Shown: positions 1-11,791 of the stretch, piece after piece | How positions within the stretch are numbered: position 1 is the first letter of the stretch | Layout of the letters: each line of letters starts with the position of its first letter | Assembly (NCBI GenBank): GCA_000004695.1 | Contig: CM000152.2 | Span: 3,968,001 to 4,032,000 of the forward strand | DNA from: Dictyostelium discoideum | Lineage: Eukaryota | Length of the DNA stretch: 64,000 nt | Direction: 5' to 3' | The notes under the pieces: model-generated | The model's input: the letters and a program-made list of their open reading frames with translations, nothing else | Databases searched by the model: none | What the model was told of the DNA's origin: nothing | Program-made: the position numbers and the translations under genes

Positions 1-631
1 AACAATCTCAACAACAATCTCAACAACAACAACAACAACAACAACAATCACATTCATTACCACCTATTTCACATGGCGGTGGCGGTGGTGGTGGTGGCAG
101 TGGGTTGGATTATAATATAGCAAGACAGGCTCAACAAATTTCTCAACATATGATGCAACCACAATCACATCATGGTTATTCAGGTTATTCAAATATTTTA
201 AATCATAATAACAGTAGTAATAATAACAATAACAATAATAATAATAATAGTAATAATAATAGTAATAGTGGTAGTAATAATAATAGTCCAACCAATATTG
301 CTAGTATAAATAATTTAACCAACCCTGTACAATCACAACAACAATCACATACACCAATAAGACCATCACAAAGTCCTTCAAACCAAATGTTTCAACAACA
401 ACAACAACAACAACAGCAATTACAACAACAACAGCAATTACAACAACAACAGCAATTACAACAGCAACAACAACAACAACAACCAGCACCACAATCACCA
501 ATTAGACAACAACAACAATTTGACAATGCCTTTTATTTCTTGGAACAAGTTAAAATGCAATTTTCAAAACAACCAAGAATTTATAATCAATTTTTAGATA
601 TTATGAAAGATTTAAAAGCTCATAAGTAAGT

Positions 632-682
<51 letters not shown>

Positions 683-1517
683 CAACATATTAATATTAAT
701 TTTTTATTTTATTATTTTTTAGTATTGACACACCAGTTGTTATTGCGCGTGTTATTGAATTATTTAAAGGACATAAACATTTAATTTCTGGCTTTAATAC
801 ATTTTTACCAGCAGATTATAGAATTGATGTTTCAACATTTGATGATGATGGTAAGCCTTTTTCTGTCCCTTCTCCAAATTCAAATATACAGCAGCAACAA
901 CAACAACAACAACAACAGCAACAACAACAGCCACAATATGTAGTTAAACAACAACCACAACAAACACAACAAACACAAAGTCATATTTTACCACAACCAA
1001 CAATGAATCAACAAATTCAACAACATTTTCAACAACAACATATTCAAATGCAATTACAACAACAACAAGCAGCATTACAAGCACAACAACAACAAGCTCA
1101 ACAACAAGCAGCCTTACAAGCTCAACAACAGCAACAAGCAGCATTGCAAGCACAACAACAAGCTCAACAACAAGCAGCATTACAAGCTCAACAAGCAGCC
1201 GAAAAAGCTCAACAGAATCAACCACCTCAAAAGAAACAAACAGAGTTGGATCATGCTAGAAACTACGTTAAAAAAATCAAAAATAGATTCATTAATCAAC
1301 CAGATGTATATAGACACTTTTTAGAGATTTTACATAATTATCATAACGAACCTCAAACCATCAAAGATGTTTACGACCAAGTAGCCGACTTATTTAGAGC
1401 TCATCCAGATTTATTATCAGAGTTTACTCAATTCCTTCCTGATGCCGTTAATGCAAGCCAAAATCCTAATGCAGTACTAGAACAACAACAACAACAAATG
1501 CTTCAACAACAACAGCT

Positions 1518-1548
<31 letters not shown>

Positions 1549-1621
1549 ATGCTACAACAGCAACAACAACAACAACAACAACAACAACTACAACAACAAC
1601 AACAACAGCAACAACAACAGC

Positions 1622-1679
<58 letters not shown>

Positions 1680-1956
1680 GCAACAACAGCAACAACAACA
1701 ACAACAGCAACAACAACAACAACAGCAACAACAACAAAAACCGCCAAGAAAATATCCAAGTGGAAAAGCTAGAACTCAATCAATGACTCCACCTCCATAT
1801 GCACAACAATCACAAGCTGGTTATCCAAATTATAATCAAGGTAATCAACAATTGACTCCACAACAACAAGCACAAATTCAACAACACCAAGAATACCAAC
1901 AACAACAACAACTCCAACAACAACAACAACAACAACAGCAACAACAACTATTAGCT

Positions 1957-1987
<31 letters not shown>

Positions 1988-3821
1988 AAGCATTACAACA
2001 ACAACAACTTCACCAACAACAACTTCACCAACAACAACTTCACCAACAACAATTGGCCCAGCAACATCAACCAATGAATCTTGAAGGTCAAATTAATGCG
2101 GCAGTTCACCAAATGGGAGAAAGATCTCCAATGGGAGGAGAAAGATCTCCAATGAGCACAATTCATGAAAAAGAACGTTTGATGAAATTGGATAAAGAAC
2201 GTCAATCCCAATTACAACAATTACAACAAATACAACAACAACAGGCTCAACAACAACAGCAACAGCAAGCTCAACAACAACAACAACAACAACAATCTCC
2301 ATCACAAAATATTCAACAACAATATCAACCAGGATCATCAGAAAAAGAAAAGAAAAAACGTTTTAGTAAAAAATCAGATGATAAGAATGAATATGGTCAA
2401 CAAATTTCTGGTGGAGTTCAAATGTATCCAACAAATAATAATTTAATCAACAGTATGATGAATAGTAATGCCAATAACAACAACAATAATAATAATAATA
2501 ATAACAACAATAATAACAATAATAATAATAATAATAATATTATGAATCAACAAAATATGAATCAACAACAAAATATGAATAATATGATCAGTAATAATAA
2601 TAATATTAATAATAATAATATTATAGTTGGAGAACAAGGTACATATGAAGAATTAGACTTTTTCCATAAAGTGAGAACAGGTGTACCAAATAATAAACTT
2701 TATAATGAATTCTTGAAATGTTTAAATCTTTTCAGTCAAGAGATTATTAGTCGCACAGAATTGGTATTATTGGTAAAAGATATTTTATTACCACGTTTAC
2801 CAGCATTATTTGAATGGTTCAAGTCATTTATTGGTGTTGATGATCAATCTATAGAACTATTGGAACGTATGGAACAATCATCACCAGGCAAACAAAATAA
2901 TGCATGGTCAGAGATTGATTTCACCACATGTAAACGTTTGGGACCAAGTTATCGTGCATTACCAAAGAATTATCCACAACCAAGATGTACGGGTAGAAGT
3001 GAATTGGCAGAGAGTGTTTTAAATGATGTTTGGGTTTCATTCCCAACTGGTAGTGAAGATTTTGGTTTCAAGAGTCAAAGAAAGAATCAATTCGAAGAGA
3101 ATCTATTCAAATGTGAGGATGAACGTTTCGAATTGGACTTGATCATTGAATTGAATGCCTCAACCATTAGAGTATTGGATCCAATCTTGAATTCATTGAT
3201 TGATATGCACGATCATGAACGTCTAAACTTTAGAATGCCAAATTTAGATGTACTACATCATCGTTCCATCGAAAGACTTTACAATAATAAAGGTATGGAA
3301 ATTATCACTGCACTCTACAATAATCCATTGGTATCACTACCTGTGATCTTGAAGAGATTGAAACAAAAAGATCAAGAATGGAGAAAAGCTAAACGAGAAT
3401 GGAATAAAGTTTGGAAAGATACCACCGAAAAGAACTACTATCGCTCTTTGGATTATCAAAGTACTTCCTTTAAACAATCTGATAAGAAAACTCTTACTCC
3501 AAAGGTTTTATTGGCAGAAATTCGTCAGAAATATTCAGAGAAAATACGTGAACGTGATGATTTACTCCAAAGAAGATCTCGTATTAAACAAACTATCATC
3601 AAACCACCACCATATCATTTACTCTATTTTATGCCTGACTACAAAGTTTGTTCAAATATTTCCTCTTTAATTTTATTTGCCGCTGAAAAAATTGTACAAA
3701 AACAAGATTTAGAAAAAATTGAAAACTTTTTAAATTTCTTTTTATTAACTTTCTTTTATATTGATAATGATAAAAAAGATTTAATTATTGATGAAAAATC
3801 ACCAAATAATAATAATAATAC

Positions 3822-3855
<34 letters not shown>

Positions 3856-5178
3856 ACACCTACAAATACAACAACTACAACAACTCCCTCAACTTTAAAT
3901 AAATCAAATGAAGATGTTGAAATGAAAGATGGTAATTCCGATGGAGGTCTTAAAAATGTAAATATAATTCATCAACCAAAAGTTTTCTCTGGTAAAACAA
4001 AAAGGATCTTCTATGGAAATAATACCTTTTATATATTCCTACGTTTATATCAAATTTTATATGAAAGATTACATAAAGCAAAAGAATTGGCTGAGTCTGC
4101 TATGAAATCACATTGGACTTCAAAACCAAATGTTACTAGATTCTTTTCTGCAAATTCAAATACTGATTCAAATAATGATTCAATGGATGAAAAATTAAAT
4201 GGTATTTCTCATTCAAATAATAATAATAATAATAATAATACAAATAATACAACAGCAACAACAACTACAACAACTACAACAACAACAAATTCATCAGAAT
4301 CAAGTAATAATAATAATTCAGAAAATTCAAATAATACAACAACAACTACACCAATTACTATTGAAGAATCTGAATTATCAGATGTTGAAAGATATGATAG
4401 ATTTATTTCAAGTCTTCAAGAATTTATGGATGGTGATAGTAATCAAGAGAAATATGAAGATAGTTGTAGATCTTATTTAGGTATTTCTTCATATATCTTG
4501 TTTACATTAGATAAATTAATTAATCAATTGGCAAGACAATTACAAGCATTATTACAGGGTGAGAATTGTTTACGTTTATTATATTTATTTACACTTGAAG
4601 TTAAATCTTATACTGGTTGGTCTGATGAACTTTATCATTCAAAAGTTTTGGAGGTTTTAAAGGATGAAAGGGTTTTCTTATTCGAGTTTGAAGCTACCTC
4701 TCAACCAATGGGTACATTCACCATCGAGCTAATGGATCCAACTTCAGAATCAATGTTAAAGAAAGCTGAAGAGGTCATTGCTATCAGTGAAAGAATGATT
4801 CAAGACTCTGAAGCTGAAATGGAAAAAGCTAAACAATACGTTGCCGATTATAAACAATTGGATTCAAATATTGATCCAAGAACTCATAAAGTATTCCTAA
4901 AGAGAAATATCCCAAGGGTACTCTCTGAAATACCCACCGAGAATCAACAACAACAACAACAAAAACTTATGGATGAGGCTCTAAAGGATACAATCAATGA
5001 AACTGGCTTGGAATGTAGAATATGCACTCAAACCTACAGACTCTTTTATGTAGAAGATACAACCGATTATTTCTATAGGAAAAATGCTATTTCTAGATCC
5101 AAAAATTATAAATCTCCAAAATTAGATATTAATATTTTCCAAAAAAAAGTAACTAAAAAAGATTTAGAAAAAGAATAA
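1..5178 (+). CDS. sin3: Paired amphipathic helix protein Sin3 (HDAC co-repressor scaffold), 5'-partial. The reading frame is open from the window start. Exon 1 is <1..625, intron 626..722 (GTAAGT...TTTTTTAG, phase 2), exon 2 is 723..5178 (stop TAA).
   Basis: PAH1 spans the intron: FYFLEQVKMQFSKQPRIYNQFLDIMKDLKAH|N|IDTPVVIARVIELFKGHKHLISGFNTFLP. PAH2: ARNYVKKIKNRF..VYRHFLEILHNY..VYDQVADLFRAHPDLLSEFTQFLP. PAH3: FFHKVRTGVPNNKLYNEFLKCLNLFSQEI. HDAC-interaction domain: CKRLGPSYRALPKNYPQPRCTGRSELAESVLNDVWVSFPTGSEDFGFKSQRKNQFEENLFKCEDERFELDLIIE. Long poly-Q and poly-N tracts. The splice was read directly: exon 1 ends ...cataa|gtaagt and exon 2 starts tttttttag|tattgac, in frame with ORF 1003..5178. 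Confidence 0.85.
1495..1737 (+). repeat. (CAA/CAG)n trinucleotide microsatellite encoding a poly-Gln tract of about 80 residues inside sin3
   Basis: Near-perfect CAA repeats with occasional CAG, read directly. The opposite strand gives spurious poly-Val and poly-Leu ORFs. Confidence 0.85.
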
Positions 5179-5434
5179 TATTTTTTCTATTCTTTTCATT
5201 TTTTTTCCAAATCCCTTGTTTAAATAATTATTCTAAAAAATAAAAATAAAAAAAATAAAATAAAAAATAATAAAAAAATATATATATAAAAATTAAGATT
5301 TTAAAAAAAAAAAAAAAAAACAGATTCTTTTTAAGATTTATTACAATGAGAGTTTGAGTTTATTTTTATTTATTATTTATTATTATATTAATAATAAATT
5401 ATAATATTATCTTTTTTTTTTTTTTTTTCTTTTT

Positions 5435-7219
5435 TTATTGAGAAACAACCACCGACAAAGGTGTTGTTTTTTCAGATTTGTCACCATTATTACTGTTATT
5501 ATTATTACTATTATTATTATTATTATTATTATTAACATTATTATTAGTTGAAGAGTGTGAAGTTATATTTGTATTAATTGGTGAAGTAGTTCTACTACTA
5601 TGACTACTACTACTTCCACTTGGTGAGTAGTTTTGATTATTAAATAAATTAGTTGAGGAAAGAGATTTTTTTACTGGTCTTGTTATTAAATTTGTTGGCG
5701 CTGTTGATGTTGTTGATGCACTTGATGTTGTTGTAGCTGTTGTTGTTGTTGTTGTTGTTGTTGCTGTTGATTTTATTTGTTGATGAAAATGTTGTTGTAG
5801 TTGTGGTTGTTCAATTGTATGTTGATGATGATGTGAAGTTGTTGTTGTTGTTGTTGTTGCCGTTGCAGTTGTTGCTATTGCAGTTGTTGCAGTTGTTGAA
5901 GAATTTATTGATAACTTTTCAATAAGAACTTTTTCACTGAAAGGAGAAGAATGTCTTAATGGTGAAAGTGGAGGTTTTAAAGAAGATGATGGAGATAATT
6001 GAATTTCTGTATTTGTAATTGTTTGTAATGGATAATTTGTTGGTTTTAATGGTGTACTCCCACCACTACTCCCGCCATTACTCCCATTACTAATTCCGCT
6101 ATTTACACTACCAATACTACTAATACTACTACTCATACTATTATTATTATTATTATTATTGGTATTATTATTATTATTATTATTGTTATTATTATTATTG
6201 TTATTATTACTATTATTAACTGTATAAAAATTTGGTTTTGGAGGTGGTGGTGAAATTGGTCGAAAAGTTGTATTTTTAGTTATTTTATGACAATTATCTT
6301 GTATTGAAGTAGTTGATTTTAAAGATGGTTTCCAAGGTTGGTTTTGTTGTGAAGAGGTAGTTGATTGTTTCTTTGGTGTATGAAGTTTATTCTCAGAGAA
6401 TAATTCCGAATACGGACTAATACCAGTTGGTAATGGATTATCATAAATATATTGTCTATCTTGAACAGTTTGAGAGAATCTCCACTTTGGTGATGGTGAA
6501 AGTTCAACTTTTGATCTTGACCAAGCTGAACTTGCTTGAGTTGGTCTAAGATATGAAGGTAAATGTGAATAATCATTATTATTATTGCCAGCACCATCTG
6601 ATAAAACTGCATCAATTGCTTTCTTATGCATTGCAATACTATTTCTTGGTTTTCTTTTTGATGATGCTGATGCTGGTCTTTTAATACTATTTGAATTATT
6701 ACTTTTATTACTACTACCACTACTACTATTACTAAATGTACTATTATCATCATCATCATTTTCCTATAAAAATATTTTATACATATATAAATAAATAAAT
6801 AAATAATAAAAAAAGTTAATATTATTATTATTATTTTTATTATTAAATAATTTAAAATTTACATTTGAAGTTATACAATCATTAATTTCTTTTGCAGTTT
6901 CTCTAACTGTTTCAATTAATTTTTGCATATTTTTATAATCACTATTTTGTATATTTGTATTCTTTGCTAATTCACTAAATAATAATAGATATCTTGGTGT
7001 TTGTTGTACTGGTAAAATTAAAAAACTTGGTAAATATCCAAATGATTCTGCTAATTGTGCAAACTCTTCGTCCTCTTCTGATAATGTTGAATAAATTTTA
7101 TATGCATTATTATAATTTTTAACATATGGATAATAAATTGTAAATTTTGGTAACTAGTTAAAAAAAAAAAAAAAAAAAAAAAAGAAAATTTGAATATGAA
7201 TTAAATGTAAGTATAATAG

Positions 7220-7252
<33 letters not shown>

Positions 7253-7530
7253 TTATAAAAAAAAAAAAAAGAAAAAAACTTTACCATTTCTAAATAAAGT
7301 TCAGTTATAATTAAAGGTTTTGTTTCTATTAATTTATTATATATTGTTATATGTAATTCTCTAATTTCTTCAATATTTGAAAATATGTTATTCACTTTAT
7401 CATGTGATATATTTGTATTTTGTAATAATGGTATTTTCAAGTTTTCCAATAAATAATTTATCTTTGATATATATGTCTTTTCAAATCCAATGATTTCATT
7501 TATTACAAATTTTCTAATTTTAATCTTTTT
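5435..7530 (-). CDS. RhoGEF (Dbl-homology domain) protein with a long Ser/Thr/Asn-rich C-terminal tail. Exons (minus strand): >=7530..7285, 7153..6863, 6763..5435. The 5' end is unresolved.
   Basis: DH-domain translation across two exons: RKFVINEIIGFEKTYISKINYLLENLKIPLL..EEIRELHITIYNKLIE..ITELYLEM | LPKFTIYYPYVKNYNNAYKIY..FAQLAESFGYLPSFLILPVQQTPRYLLLFSELAKNT. QQTPRYLLL is the conserved DH helix (QRIPRYxLLL). Donors GTAAAG (7284..7279) and GTAAAT (6862..6857), acceptors ...AACTAG (7157..7154) and ...TTTATAG (6770..6764), read on the minus strand. Exon 3 is in frame with ORF 5435..6631. No in-frame ATG lies upstream of the first DH exon, so a short 5' exon is expected. Confidence 0.6.
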
Positions 7531-7559
7531 AACTAATTTTTATAAAATTTTATTAATTT

Positions 7560-8296
7560 AAGGTAAGTAAATAATTGTTTTTTTTTGGTTGTTTAATAGT
7601 TTTATAAAATTAAAAAAAAAAAAAAAAAAAATATTTACAAAATTCTAAATGTTGTTTCCTAACTAACCAACCTCTGACCCATTTTTGTATAATAATGATA
7701 CTTTTTTCTCTCTAAATATTTATTATAAAAATAAAAAAAATATCTATATTAGTTTAAATTTTTAATAAATTATAATAATGATAATAATTTCTAAAATAGT
7801 TTATATTACTTCTAATTCACCCATTTTTAAGCATTGATATATTTGTTGTTTTTTTTATTGTATAATCTAGAAAAGCTAGAATCGATCTTTTTTTTTTTTT
7901 GAGTTATTGATATTTTGAAATCACACCCAATTGAAATAAATAAATAGATTTTTTATTTTTATTTTTTTGTTTCTATTTTTCTTTTTTTTTTATTTCTTAT
8001 TGATTTTTTTTTTTTTTATTACTATTTTATTTTATTTTATTTTTTTTTTTTTTGATAATTATTTTACATATAAATGACACTAAAAATAAAAATAAAAAAT
8101 TATTATTAGTTGAATGTTTGGAATTAAAACTATTATTTATTGTATGAATTGTATTCTGTGTAATGATATTAAATAACGAAAAAAATAATAATATTATTAA
8201 TAATAATAATAATAATAAAAAATAATAATAATAATAATAATTATAACCATCGTACCACACTCACACCATTAACAGCTGTTTTATTTTATATTTTTA

Positions 8297-8327
<31 letters not shown>

Positions 8328-8582
8328 TTTATTATTTTTTTTTTTTTTTGTTGATATTATTATTTTGAGTTGATTGATATGGCTATAGGTTATTTGAGGC
8401 TATTCTATTTAAATAATTATCTTTCTATATCTCTCTCTCTATATCTTTTCTTTTCTATCTCTCACCAGTTTGAATATTATGTGACATAACCAACCCACAA
8501 TTCTACCTCTTTTTATCTTTTTCTTTTAATATTATTGTGTGGTTTTTTTTTTTTTTTAAATTTTAAAAAAAGAAGGGAAAAA

Positions 8583-8637
<55 letters not shown>

Positions 8638-8887
8638 AGTGAGTGTGAATGTGTGGTAGAAAAAAAAATATCAAAAAAGAGATATAATTGTTTTTTACCT
8701 TTTAGTTTTTTTGTTTTTTGTTTTTTTTATTTTTATTTTTATCTTTATTTTTATTTTAATTTTAATTTTAATTTTAATTTTAATTTTTATCTTTTTTTTT
8801 TTTTTATAAAATTTATTTAAGAATAATATACAAATAATTTTTCTTTGAGAAAACGATAAATGTGACTCTCGAGAATATTAGTTATCC

Positions 8888-8935
<48 letters not shown>

Positions 8936-9203
8936 TTTAAAATTAAAAAAAAGAAAAAAAAATTTTAAAATAAATAAAAAATAAAAAAAAAACTGTGATT
9001 AATTCCTTTATTTTTATTTTATTTTTTTTTGTTTAAATAAATCTGATTAAAAATTTTATTTCAAATGATTAAAAAGAATTTTTTTTATTTTTTTTATTTT
9101 TTTTTATTATAAAAAAAAGAATACTCAAAAGTTTACTATGAAAACAAAAATTAATTAATTTTTTTGTTCCTTTTAATGGGAAAAAAAAAAAGAAGGAAAT
9201 TTG

Positions 9204-9252
<49 letters not shown>

Positions 9253-9637
9253 AAAAGGTTTATCTGAAAAAATAAAAAAAAAAAAAAAATGGATAATAGA
9301 TAGAAAAAACCATCAATCATTTTTAAAAACCATTTTTTTTATTTTTTTTTTTTTTAAAATAAAATTTATTGTAAAATAACCCAAATCCATTTTTCAAGTA
9401 AAAATTTTAAAAAAAAATTTTGGAAAAAAAAAAAAAAAAAAAAAAATATCTTTTTTTTAAATTAAATTTTGAAATTTTTTATCAAAAAAAAGAAATCAAT
9501 AAACCAATCAATTATTTATTTATTTATTTATTATTTATTATTTGTATATTATTTGTATAATAAATTAACTTTTAAAAATTTATTTTTAGAAAATCGAACC
9601 AAACAAAAAAAAAAAAAAAAATAAAATAAAATAAGAA
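7560..9637. other. About 2.1 kb AT-only intergenic region with no ORFs, dense in A(n)/T(n) homopolymers (several over 30 nt) and a short (GT)7
   Basis: Read directly. The longest runs are A38 near 8881..8930 and A-rich 8575..8640; (GT)n at 7241..7255. Confidence 0.7.
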
Positions 9638-9876
9638 ATGTCAGCAACTAAATGTGAAGAGTAAGAAATTAAAAAAAAAAAAAAATATCAAACCAAAAAA
9701 GGAAAACAAGAAAAAAATAGAAATAAAAAAAAAAAACTTTATATTTCCTTGGAAAACAAATTTTTAATTTATTAATAATTTTTTTTGAAAAAAAAAAAAA
9801 AAAAAAAAAAAAAACTTCAAACAAATGTACCAAAACAGTGTATCCACTTGAAGCCTTTTCAGTTTTAGGTTTGATG

Positions 9877-9907
<31 letters not shown>

Positions 9908-10912
9908 AAAAAAAAAAAAAAAATTTTCTTTTTTTTTTTCCAGATTTTCACACTTTTGGAAACTAAATTAACATTTATTTTATAATTTAATTTTTAATTA
10001 ATTAATTAATTAATCAGGTAAATCATGGCACAAAATTTGTTTTAAATGCAGTGTCGCAGAATGTAGACAAGTATTAAACTTAAAAACAGTTCAACCACAT
10101 AATCCAACTGGTAAAATCTATTGTGCAAATCATTATCCAAAAGAAAAAGCTACCTCTGTTGCCGATTCATTATCAGTTGTTAATGCAACCAATGCACCAA
10201 AAGTAGCATTAACTAATACTCAAGTTAAACCAGTTGGTAAGTTTTATTTATTATTATTATTATTATTTTTTTTTTTTTTTTCTATAATTATTAATTTTTT
10301 ATTTTTTTAAAATTTCATTTTTTAATAAATTGAATACAGATGCACCAACTCAAACTGCTGATACAATGCAATTAAATAATGCTAGAAGTGCACCAAAAGT
10401 AGCATTAACTAATAATCAAGTTAAACCAGTTGGTAAGTATTTTTTTTTTTTTTTTTTTTTAAATCAAACTCCCCTCCCCCTTGGAAAAGTTATAAATTTT
10501 TTTTTTTTTTTTTTTTTTTAACTACACAGATGCACCAATCCAAACTGCTGATACTATGGCATTAAATAATGCAAAGAATGCACCAAAAACAGGTTTGGTT
10601 AATCAACAAATTAGAGATGTTGATGCTCCATCACAAACTGCTGATACTATGGCATTGAATAATGCAAAGAATGCACCAAAAACAGGTTTGGTTAATCAAC
10701 AAATTTACAATGTTGATGCACCAACACAAGCTACCGATACTATTGCATTAAATAATGCTAAAAATGCTCCAAAGACTAATTTAGTAAATCATCAAATTTA
10801 TGATGTAGATGCACCAAGCCAAACCATAGATTTGAAATTACAAAATGCATTAAACGCACCAACCCTTCCAAAAGTTAATAATGAAATTAAAGCCATCGAA
10901 AGAAATGTTTAA
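9638..10912 (+). CDS. LASP-like protein: N-terminal LIM domain followed by about 5.5 tandem 31-35 aa nebulin-like repeats, with no SH3 domain. Exons 9638..9660, ~9825..9868 (acceptor uncertain), 10018..10236, 10340..10432, 10530..10912.
   Basis: Spliced translation: MSATKCEE|CTKTVYPLEAFSVLG|KSWHKICFKCSVAECRQVLNLKTVQPHNPTGKIYCANHYPKEKATSVADSLSVVNATNAPKVALTNTQVKPVG|DAPTQTADTMQLNNARSAPKVALTNNQVKPVG|DAPIQTADTMALNNAKNAPKTGLVNQQIRDV DAPSQTADTMALNNAKNAPKTGLVNQQIYNV DAPTQATDTIALNNAKNAPKTNLVNHQIYDV DAPSQTIDLKLQNALNAPTLPKVNNEIKAIERNV*. The LIM part aligns closely with the LASP-1 LIM domain (MNPNCARCGKIVYPTEK..WHKACFHCETC..LNMKNY..KPYCNAHYPK). Donors GTAAGA (9661), GTTTGA (9869), GTAAGT (10237, 10433); acceptors at 10016-17, 10338-39, 10528-29. 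The last three introns are phase 1 and sit exactly at repeat boundaries (..KPVG|DAP..). Confidence 0.6.
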
Positions 10913-10932
10913 AACATTTACATTTTTTTCAC

Positions 10933-10989
10933 TTTTTATAAAATAAAATAAAATAAAATAAAATAAAATAAAATAAAATAAAATAAAAT
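10933..10989. repeat. (AAAAT)n pentanucleotide microsatellite
   Basis: aaaataaaataaaat... repeated about 11 times immediately 3' of the LIM gene. Confidence 0.8.
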
Positions 10990-11791
10990 TTTATAGTTAA
11001 ATTTTTAACCTTACACTTTTTTTGGATTTTACAAATTTTTACTTTAATTGGAAAAAAGTGATTTATTTTTAAAATATTCCTAGTCAGTAAAATATTAAAT
11101 TATAAATAAATAAATAAATAAATTAAATTAAAACTTTTCCTTTTTTATTTTATTTTATTTTACTTATAATTAAAAATAATTAATATTCAATGTTTCTTAA
11201 TTAACATTAATATAGTTTTTTAAATAGTTTATACAAGGAAAATAAAAAAAAAAAATAATAATTATAATAATATTTGTTGATGATCAAATTGATTATAATT
11301 TTTAAAAATAAAAAAAAAAAAAAGATAAATATTATAATTAAAATGTTATACCCCACAATCATTTTTTTTAAAAATAATAATTAATTTAATCAAAAAATTT
11401 TTTTTTTTTTTTTTTTTTTTGTGTTTGCGAAAATATTTTTTTTTTATTTTTTTTTTTTTTTGGCAATAGGTAAATAAATTAATTTTATTAATAAATTTTT
11501 TTTAACCAATCTAATTAGACTAATAGTAAACAATCAAATTTGATTAATTTATATAGGGAAAAAAAAGAAAAAAAAAAAAAAAAAAATAAATTTTTTTGGT
11601 GTTTAAAAAAATTCTTGATGTTCACAAAAAAAAAAAAAAAATTAAAAAAATTAAAAAAAAAATAAAAAAAATAAAATTTTTAAATTAAATTTTTTTTCAA
11701 ATTTTTTTTTTTTATTTTTTTTTTTTTATTAATTTTTTAACTTCACTCACATAACTTATTTATATATATATATATAACATTTAAATATAAA

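Noticed and set aside
64-501. Minus-strand poly-Tyr and poly-Val ORFs (64..291, 301..501)
   Set aside because: Antisense of the sin3 exon 1 Asn/Gln tracts.
1466-2338. Minus-strand ORFs encoding poly-Val, poly-Leu and poly-Val/Glu (1466..1759, 1588..1779, 1769..2074, 2093..2338)
   Set aside because: Reverse-complement reading of the sin3 (CAA)n tracts. No start context and no complexity.
8027-9320. ORFs 8027..8260, 9069..9320, 13665..13992, 35159..35672, 36166..36637 (poly-F, poly-K, poly-L peptides)
   Set aside because: Translations of intergenic T(n)/A(n) homopolymers and AT microsatellites.
10330-10521. ORF MNTDAPTQ.. as a separate gene
   Set aside because: It is exon 3 (10340..10432) of the LIM/nebulin-like gene read through the following intron. 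The M is from an alternative start and the tail runs into intronic poly-T.
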